From contig JAUIFI010000001.1 in assembly GCA_030429505.1 (NCBI GenBank), positions 690,001 through 722,000 of the forward strand: a stretch of DNA of 32,000 bases, written 5' to 3'. Shown one piece after another: positions 8,613 to 14,931 of the stretch. Below the pieces are notes generated by a model. That model was not told the origin of the DNA. It did no database searches and worked only from the letters and a program-made list of their open reading frames with translations. Numbering within the stretch: the stretch's first letter is position 1; each line of letters begins with the position of its first letter. Both the position numbers and the translations under genes were made by a program. This DNA is from Candidatus Saccharimonadota bacterium (GTDB lineage: Bacteria > Patescibacteriota > Gracilibacteria > UBA4473).

Positions 8613-9029
8613 CTAATAATCCCATCGTTCAGATTTTTTGTCTCGAAGCTCAGGATCAAAGGTGCTATTTTTTAGCTTATATTTGTTTGATTCCTCGTAA
8701 TCCCATCGTTCAGATTTTTTGTCTCGAAGCTTAGGATCAAAGGTGCTATTTTTTAGCTTATATTTGTTTGATTCCTCGTAATCCCATCGTTCAGATTTTT
8801 TGTCTCGAAGCTTAGGATCAAAGGTGCTATTTTTTAGCTTATATTTGTTTGATTCCTCGTAATCCCATCGTTCAGATTTTTTGTCTCGAAGCTCAGGATC
8901 AAAGGTGCTATTTTTTAATCGATACTCATTTGCTTTATCTGATGATATCCAGAGTGCAGAGGAATTTAATGGTATAAAAAGAACTGAAGAAAAAAGAAGG
9001 GACGCAAAAACGGCAAAAAAGTGTTTCAT
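8613..9029 (-). CDS. Secreted tandem-repeat protein (about 4 x 27 aa)
   Basis: Signal peptide MKHFFAVFASLLFSSVLFIPLNSSA, then repeats of EESNKYKLKNSTFDP(K/E)LRDKKSERWDY. The ORF is maintained across near-identical 81-bp DNA repeats. Confidence 0.65.
   Translation of the reverse strand: MKHFFAVFASLLFSSVLFIPLNSSALWISSDKANEYRLKNSTFDPELRDKKSERWDYEESNKYKLKNSTFDPKLRDKKSERWDYEESNKYKLKNSTFDPKLRDKKSERWDYEESNKYKLKNSTFDPELRDKKSERWDY
8617..8925. repeat. 81-bp direct tandem repeat, about 3.8 copies, near-perfect
   Basis: The string taatcccatcgttcag recurs at 8617, 8698, 8779 and 8860, a period of exactly 81 nt. Units differ only at isolated positions (gctcagg vs gcttagg). The last unit degenerates after about 8913. 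Confidence 0.95.
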
Positions 9030-9095
9030 ACATCGACCATGTGCCTTTCTGGATTTAAAGCAATGATTTTAGCTGTACAGCTAGGTTTTTATATG

Positions 9096-9629
9096 TTAAC
9101 TTACTACTTTTAATTTTTTATGAAAAAAGAAATAACGAAGGCTGACGTAGATAACTTCAAATTCTGGAGACAATGCTCTGTGAGTATCAATATCAGAAAA
9201 TTTCAAAATACGATCTATCTCCGCCACATATAGATCCCCGTCCTTCCAGACAACTCCATTGGGACTATTTAAGCCCTCGGCAATGACATCCATACGATCA
9301 GCCCGACCGTTTTTATCCCGATCTTCCAGAGCGTAAACTTTCCCTTCATTTCTTGTCCCCACATAGAGTACTCCCTGATCACTAAGCGTGAGTGATCGAG
9401 CATTAGGAACATTGGTCGCAAAAATACTGATTCTGAAACCTTCGGGTAAGTTGATCTGATCAAGTGGGAGAGATGCGTTTTGAAAGGCTTTTTCCTCACC
9501 GCTATATTGTGTCGATTGCATTTCTCTTTCTATCGTTTGAGAAGGTGAATTGACCAAAGATGTATTTGAGCATCCACTTAAAAGAAAGACCATAATTCCT
9601 AACCCGAAAAGCATTTTTCTTGATCTCAT
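9096..9629 (-). pseudogene. Truncated N-terminal part of a PQQ-dependent sugar/sorbosone dehydrogenase-like lipoprotein
   Basis: Lipobox FLLSGC, then LPEGFRISIFATNVPNARSLTLSDQGVLYVGTRNEGKVYALEDRDKNGRADRMDVIAEGLNSPNGVVWKDGDLYVAEIDRILKF. This matches the first propeller blades of that family as I know it. The ORF ends after 177 aa with an unrelated tail (SLRYFFFHKKLKVVS), whereas family members are roughly twice as long. Confidence 0.6.
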
Positions 9630-9733
9630 ACGCTTCCATTGAAACAGATTTTTTACACAAATACAAAACGGATCACGAGGTTGATCTTTCTCAAGCTGTG
9701 CGTTACATTGAAAACAATATTTTTCTCCTTTTC

Positions 9734-10792
9734 ATGAAAAAAATTTTATCGCTTTCATTGTTTTGTTTTTTACTTACTGCTTGTAGTTCTGACCTGTCTC
9801 ATAAAAAGAATCAGGATCATATGAATATGGACGATCACATGGGATGTCAAGAAGGAGAAATTGTAAATGGTGAATGCACGGTCGCGAAAGATGGGGAGAA
9901 AAACACTGATCTTTTTGCAAATCTAGATTCTCTGGACGTAACCGGAAAGCACGTTCCATATATGGGAAAAGTACAAGGTTATTTGGCACAACCGAGAGCG
10001 AAGGGAACGTATCCGGGAGTTGTCATGATCCATGAATGGTGGGGACTCAACGACAATATTCGTGACATGGCAAAGTTACTCGCCAATGAAGGATACGTGG
10101 TTTTAGCCGTAGACATCTACGAAGGAGCAGTTGCTGAAACCTCCGAAGAAGCCGGAAAACTTGCAGGAGCTGCACGAGAAAATGTCCAAAAATCAGTCGC
10201 CAATATGAGAAGTGCGGTAGCGTATCTACAAACGCTCCCCAATGTACAAAAAGACAAAATCGGTTCCATGGGATGGTGCTTTGGAGGACAGCAGTCACTC
10301 AACCTCGCCCTCGCTTCTGATGATTTGGCAGGAACAGTCATCTACTACGGAAATTTAACCGATAACAAAGAACAACTCCAAAATATCAACTGGCCAGTAC
10401 TGGGCATCTTTGGAGCTGAAGATGGAGGTATTCCCGTGGAAAGCGTGAAATCTTTTGAAACAGCCCTCAACGAATTAGAAATCAAAAACAATATCCATAT
10501 CTATCCTGGAGTTGGGCACGCTTTCGCCAATCCATCTGGAAGTCGATATGCACCGAAAGAAACTCTGGATGCGTGGAAAAAGACCGTAGATTTTTTGAAC
10601 ACAAACTTAGGCGGCGAATCAATGACCTACGATCAAAATAGCTGGAAGATTATGATTCCAGACAGTTGTCTATCATTTTCTGACGGGTGCAATACGTGTC
10701 GTCGTGAAGCCGGAAACGATCTGGCAGCATGTACTCGGAAATTTTGTCAGCAATATGAAAAACCAACGTGTTTGGATGAGAAAAAAAGTTAA
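9734..10792 (+). CDS. Dienelactone hydrolase family lipoprotein with C-terminal six-cysteine domain
   Basis: ATG at 9734 gives MKKILSLSLFCFLLTACSS (lipobox). DLH hallmarks are YPGVVMIHEWWGLN, the nucleophile motif GSMGWCFGG, and GVGHAF. The extra 60-aa tail contains 6 Cys. The track ORF start at 9620 is an unsupported upstream extension. Confidence 0.85.
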   Translation: MKKILSLSLFCFLLTACSSDLSHKKNQDHMNMDDHMGCQEGEIVNGECTVAKDGEKNTDLFANLDSLDVTGKHVPYMGKVQGYLAQPRAKGTYPGVVMIHEWWGLNDNIRDMAKLLANEGYVVLAVDIYEGAVAETSEEAGKLAGAARENVQKSVANMRSAVAYLQTLPNVQKDKIGSMGWCFGGQQSLNLALASDDLAGTVIYYGNLTDNKEQLQNINWPVLGIFGAEDGGIPVESVKSFETALNELEIKNNIHIYPGVGHAFANPSGSRYAPKETLDAWKKTVDFLNTNLGGESMTYDQNSWKIMIPDSCLSFSDGCNTCRREAGNDLAACTRKFCQQYEKPTCLDEKKS

Positions 10793-10813
10793 GAAAATTT
10801 CTACTCTTTTGCT

Positions 10814-11209
10814 GTGACCCAAATGCCAGAATTTTATCAATCCATCACGCTTCCCTCCTTTGCCCCTCCCTCTTGGCTCTTTGGTCCTGTATGGACGTTA
10901 CTCTATGTTCTGATATTTGTGAGCTTTGGCTGGACGATGGTACAAATATTTCAGAAAAAATTCCCTTCCAAGCTACTGATTCCCTTTGGAATAAATTTGA
11001 TAACGAATCTTCTGTGGACGCCAATATTTTTTCAGTGGCGTCATTTTGATCTTGCATTACTCGACATTCTCCTCGTTTGGGGAAGTATCGTATGGATTAT
11101 GATCGCTATGTGGAGGAAAGCCCGCTGGGTTTCACTACTTCAAATACCGTATTTGCTCTGGGTAAGTTTCGCAACGGTTTTGATGACGTCGATTTGGTGG
11201 ATGAATTAG
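10814..11209 (+). CDS. tspO: TspO/MBR family tryptophan-rich sensory protein
   Basis: PSFAPPSWLFGPVWTLLYVLI..., NLLWTPIFF, and LQIPYLLWVSFATVL. There are five hydrophobic helices and many Trp residues. The start is GTG 10814 or ATG 10823. Confidence 0.85.
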   Translation: MTQMPEFYQSITLPSFAPPSWLFGPVWTLLYVLIFVSFGWTMVQIFQKKFPSKLLIPFGINLITNLLWTPIFFQWRHFDLALLDILLVWGSIVWIMIAMWRKARWVSLLQIPYLLWVSFATVLMTSIWWMN

Positions 11210-11247
11210 AAAGGTAGGATACCGAAAAGGAGATTTTCTTACTTTTT

Positions 11248-11273
11248 TGAAACGTCTTTCAAAATACTCCGTA
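11248..11273 (+). promoter_or_regulatory. ECF-type promoter TGAAAC-N16-CGTA upstream of the ECF sigma gene
   Basis: TGAAAC lies at 11248-11253, followed by exactly 16 nt, then CGTA at 11270-11273. This is about 60 nt upstream of the sigma start. The pattern equals the published Bacillus SigW-type consensus TGAAAC-N16-CGTA. Confidence 0.55.
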
Positions 11274-11332
11274 TTATTAAGTGCCGAGGCATATTCAGTT
11301 CTTTCAAAAATGCGAACATTTGAGTACACTCA

Positions 11333-11896
11333 GTGAGTTATCATCCTTTTTCCCTTATGAATGCCGATACAATGTTTCTGAAGTATTACTTTCAATACTA
11401 CGAAAAAATCTACCACTATCTTTATTTTCGTTTACACGAAGATAAATCCTTAGCCGAAGATCTTACCTCAGAGACGTTTCTCAAAGCATTCGAAAAGTTT
11501 AACACCTATGATCAAGATCGAAGTTTTGGTTCATGGATTTATGCGATAGCCAGAAATTGTTTGATTGATTATGTGAGAAAACATCCTCTAGATCAGGAGG
11601 TATCACTCCCTGACGAAAAAGAACAACCAATCAATTCAGACAACAAAACCTGGACTCGAACCGATCAATTACTCACTCGTACAACCCTTCTCCAAGGCGT
11701 TTTCACTCTCCCTGAAAATTTACAAGAACTTATCATGCTAAAATACTTTAATGACTACACCAATAAAGAAATCGAAGATTTACTGAATATCAATCCAAAC
11801 ACCCTGCGCGTTCAGCTTCACCGAGCAACCAAAATGCTCCAAAGCTGTATCCCTCCTAATCTATTAGGACTTTTACTCTTATTTTTTATACTATGA
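11333..11896 (+). CDS. RNA polymerase sigma-70 family ECF sigma factor
   Basis: Region 2 is DLTSETFLKAFEKFNTYDQDRSFGSWIYAIARNCLIDYVRK. Region 4 HTH is LPENLQELIMLKYFNDYTNKEIEDLLNINPNTLRVQLHRATKML. The start is GTG 11333 or ATG 11357. Confidence 0.85.
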   Translation: MSYHPFSLMNADTMFLKYYFQYYEKIYHYLYFRLHEDKSLAEDLTSETFLKAFEKFNTYDQDRSFGSWIYAIARNCLIDYVRKHPLDQEVSLPDEKEQPINSDNKTWTRTDQLLTRTTLLQGVFTLPENLQELIMLKYFNDYTNKEIEDLLNINPNTLRVQLHRATKMLQSCIPPNLLGLLLLFFIL

Positions 11897-13470
11897 AACC
11901 ACAGAAAGACCATTCATCCTTGCCAAAGGTTTCGCTTCCGCGCGCACCGAAGCTATTGCAATGGAAAATTTTTTTTCGGCTTATCAGTCGAATACTATAC
12001 AAACGTGTAACCTTATTTTTTAATTTTTTATTTCCTATGAAAAACAAATTTGCCGGAACCATTATTGCCCTCTTTATCCTTATCGGAGGATGGGGAACAT
12101 TTTCCTTCTTTACAGGAACAACTACATATACTGATCACGTAACCAACGCTCGTGCCGCACTAGAACAATTACGAGCTTTGAGCCGAGGAGAAGATATGTA
12201 TGCACAAGAGACAAATGATACTTTCTCACTCCTTCCCACCGCTCATGCTCAGGAGGGTGCATCAGTCGATGACCAAATAAATCAATTGGTTGAAGAAGTA
12301 GAAACTGAAACAGAGCTCGCTATCGAAGTAGCTGAAGATCTCGACGAATCTCAAGAAACACAAGATGCCTTTGAAGAAATCGACGAACTTCAGGACGAAA
12401 CAGTAGATGTACTGACTGATGTGATAGATGTAGTAGAAGAAGACTCTACCTTCGACACTATCACCCAAACGATTGAAACCATCGAAAAGATCAACGAAGA
12501 ACTTGAAAATGCCGTCATCGTCTTACAAGCTGCTATTGATGCAGGAGAAGAAGTGACAGTAGATATCGAAACCAGTGTTGAAGAAAACGAAGATACAGAA
12601 ACAGAGAATCAAGATGAAACAACAAACGATACCGGTGATAACACCTCTGACACAGAAACAAATGATACCGATCAAAATCAGACTGATGATTCCCAAAATG
12701 AAGATGGAGAACCTTCCGAAGAAAATAATGAAAATACAACAGAAGAAGAGGAAGAAGTAACTGCATTCGATGCAAAACTTGAATCAGCAAAAGCCTTATA
12801 CGAAGAAGTACGTGAGCAAATTGAATCAACCGATGAAATTGACGCGAATATCCAAAAGAAAGTCGAAAAAATCGAAGCCGCTCTCCAAGCTTGTGCTGAA
12901 AACTCACACCCATCTCAATGTAAATCAGGTCGGATTAAAGGACTCTCTACAGCCCTTCGTGCCAAGCTCAAAAACAATGCTCGAAAATCAGTTCGTGGGA
13001 AACATAAAGATACAGAAAATCACGATGATGTGGATGATGGTGAAGAAGATGATGAAAATCAAAGTGAAGATGGACAATCAAACGATAATTCTGACGATGA
13101 TACAAATGATGAGGAGAACCAGACTCAAGATGATGACGATCAGAATCAATCAAATGCAGATGACACGAACCAAGATGATTTAGATGCCACTACTGATGAC
13201 AATAATACAGAAGAAGATAGTAGCGAAAACCAAGACAATACTAATGCCTCTCTCTCTACTCAAACCAATACCACAGTAAAAACTCGAGGGAATAGTGGCA
13301 AAACCCCGCCAGGACAAGCAAAAAAACAATCAGAAAAAACTTCGGAAGTCGAAGTCAAAGAAGAAATAAAAATAAACGCCGAAATCTCAGAACAAAACGA
13401 TACAGATGAAAAGAAACAAGGAAACGGGAAAGGCAATTCAAAAGGAAAAGGAAACGGAAAAAATAAATAA
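11893..13470 (+). CDS. Membrane-anchored, hyper-acidic low-complexity protein coupled to the ECF sigma gene (possible anti-sigma-like partner)
   Basis: ATGA start/stop overlap with the sigma gene. It has a single TM (FAGTIIALFILIGGWGTFSFF), long D/E/N/T/Q-rich tracts and a basic G/K/N tail (GNGKGNSKGKGNGKNK). No zf-HC2 anti-sigma motif is visible. Confidence 0.7.
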   Translation: MKPQKDHSSLPKVSLPRAPKLLQWKIFFRLISRILYKRVTLFFNFLFPMKNKFAGTIIALFILIGGWGTFSFFTGTTTYTDHVTNARAALEQLRALSRGEDMYAQETNDTFSLLPTAHAQEGASVDDQINQLVEEVETETELAIEVAEDLDESQETQDAFEEIDELQDETVDVLTDVIDVVEEDSTFDTITQTIETIEKINEELENAVIVLQAAIDAGEEVTVDIETSVEENEDTETENQDETTNDTGDNTSDTETNDTDQNQTDDSQNEDGEPSEENNENTTEEEEEVTAFDAKLESAKALYEEVREQIESTDEIDANIQKKVEKIEAALQACAENSHPSQCKSGRIKGLSTALRAKLKNNARKSVRGKHKDTENHDDVDDGEEDDENQSEDGQSNDNSDDDTNDEENQTQDDDDQNQSNADDTNQDDLDATTDDNNTEEDSSENQDNTNASLSTQTNTTVKTRGNSGKTPPGQAKKQSEKTSEVEVKEEIKINAEISEQNDTDEKKQGNGKGNSKGKGNGKNK

Positions 13471-13491
13471 AGCTCAATATCGTGTAATTCC

Positions 13492-13525
13492 AAAACCCCT
13501 TCTGTGTTAATGCAAAAGGGGTTTT
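13492..13525. terminator. Hairpin between convergent genes (probable bidirectional intrinsic terminator)
   Basis: AAAACCCCTT (13492-13501) pairs with AAGGGGTTTT (13516-13525) across a 14-nt loop. A-run and T-run arms allow function on both strands. Confidence 0.6.
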
Positions 13526-13606
13526 AGGTTTCATTAAAAATATATTTTCTCTAGTAGTACAAACCGTAAAAAATGTGGATCTTCTTTTTACATGGAGATC
13601 TCAAAG

Positions 13607-13771
13607 CTATCGAGAAACTGCGAGCCATTGAATCAGATAGCCCAGGACGATGACGGCGATACTTCCCCACAGCAACCAATCAAACTTTGGTTTTGCTCCG
13701 ACGTGACAACTGGCTCCGTGGTGGTCGTGTTTTTGTGGTGGTTCGTGGTGACAGCAGGATGGTTTATTCAT
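13607..13771 (-). CDS. 54-aa Cys/His-rich peptide with one TM helix; probably the orphaned N-terminus of a metal permease
   Basis: MNKPSCCHHEPPQKHDHHGASCHVGAKPKFDWLLWGSIAVIVLGYLIQWLAVSR. The metal-binding CC/HH head plus first TM resembles the N-terminus of predicted Cu/Zn permeases (my recollection). The ORF stops after one helix. Its ATG at 13771 overlaps the upstream stop by 8 nt. Confidence 0.45.
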   Translation of the reverse strand: MNKPSCCHHEPPQKHDHHGASCHVGAKPKFDWLLWGSIAVIVLGYLIQWLAVSR

Positions 13772-14891
13772 AGTTATTTTTTTTAAGTTGATCATTGATC
13801 CAATTTAATATCCATTCTGATAGATTATATTTTGGAGAGGAAATATCATTCAGTAAGAAAAATTTTTCTTTAAGTTTCATTGCTGGGTCATCACTGTAAA
13901 GCAACTTCCCATCATGAACAATTCTTGAACGTGCTTCATACATTTTTTCCGCATATTTATTAGCTATACTTTTATCTAAAGTTGAGTATTTAAAAATGAA
14001 GTCTTTAAAAAGTTCGGTCATGCCACTAGAATATTTCTTCTGTCCACATTGAGAACACTCTTCCAACACAACACTATCGCTCAAAGCTTCTATCAATATT
14101 GAGATATACAAAAGGGAGTCAGATTCACTTTGATTTCTGAATTTTTCCACCCAATAGAGAGCTCTTTTTAATTTAAGACAATCACTTTTGTTTAATTGTT
14201 CAAAACCAGCCAATAACTCATTTATAATTTTTGTATTTAGAACTTGTTCTGCATTGTGAAAATATCGTGCTCCATTTGGAAATACTAGTTTGGTTTTTTT
14301 TAAATCTTCAAATTGATTATTAAATTTAATATCAGAGATAAATTTATATTCAAAATGAGTACAGAGCTCCAAGGAAAGTAATTTACAAATATAGTAAATC
14401 TTTTTTTCTTTAATCTCTTTGTTAATGAATCCCAACTCAAATTTATTGCGACTGTTTTTTATAAAACTTTCGTCATATATGTACACATAGGTCTTTACAT
14501 AAAACTTTTCATTCTGAGATATAAAGTGACAATCCCCAAGTTTTTGATTGCCTACAATTACTAAAGGCGAAGAAAGTTCAGCAATTATTTCTTTTTTGAT
14601 AAAATCTTTTTTAAAAATTTCTAAGATCTCATTTATTGGTAAATACAGAGGAACTTCTCCATTTTCAAATTTTATTTCTTGGATTTCTGCATCATCGTTT
14701 TTACAATTTTTTATGTAAATTTCCATAACATCGTCGAAAGTTCTTTTGAAGACAGTTCCTTTTTTAGACGAAACTTGTTCAGGCATTGTCGAACTTTCTA
14801 AATGAATATTGAGTAGGGAAAAAAGATGTTCGTGAGGATATTTTTTTAGAACATTTTTGAATTCTGCATCAAAATTTGCATTATTTTTCAT
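13764..14891 (-). CDS. Hypothetical protein with C-terminal HEPN-like R-x4-H motif, in an AT-rich insert
   Basis: 375-385 codon ORF (ATG 14891 or TTG 14921), clearly more AT-rich than the neighbouring cusA. The C-terminal helical region is ...LYWVEKFRNQSESDSLLYISILIEALSD...CSQCGQ...YEARSRIVHDGKL, with RSRIVH at 13914-13931. Confidence 0.55.
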   Translation of the reverse strand: MKNNANFDAEFKNVLKKYPHEHLFSLLNIHLESSTMPEQVSSKKGTVFKRTFDDVMEIYIKNCKNDDAEIQEIKFENGEVPLYLPINEILEIFKKDFIKKEIIAELSSPLVIVGNQKLGDCHFISQNEKFYVKTYVYIYDESFIKNSRNKFELGFINKEIKEKKIYYICKLLSLELCTHFEYKFISDIKFNNQFEDLKKTKLVFPNGARYFHNAEQVLNTKIINELLAGFEQLNKSDCLKLKRALYWVEKFRNQSESDSLLYISILIEALSDSVVLEECSQCGQKKYSSGMTELFKDFIFKYSTLDKSIANKYAEKMYEARSRIVHDGKLLYSDDPAMKLKEKFFLLNDISSPKYNLSEWILNWINDQLKKNNYE

Positions 14892-14931
14892 TGAAACATA
14901 ATTACAGAATTTACATATCAACCAAGTACTG

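Noticed and set aside
8617-8925. Possible CRISPR array, suggested by the regular direct repeats
   Set aside because: The 81-nt units abut one another with no unique spacers and maintain one open reading frame behind a signal peptide. No cas genes are nearby.
12262-13493. K/R/M-rich and H/L-rich ORFs overlapping the acidic protein gene (12575-12760, 12770-13183, 12533-12913, 12968-13153, 13260-13493)
   Set aside because: They are frame-shifted or antisense readings of GAA/GAT/AAT-rich low-complexity DNA. The sigma-coupled frame with a TM anchor is the coherent one.
13592-13786. Plus-strand 64-aa ORF opposite the CCHH peptide
   Set aside because: It is antisense to the more plausible minus-strand ORF, which has a metal-binding head plus a TM. 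It has no upstream signals and runs into the convergent gene.
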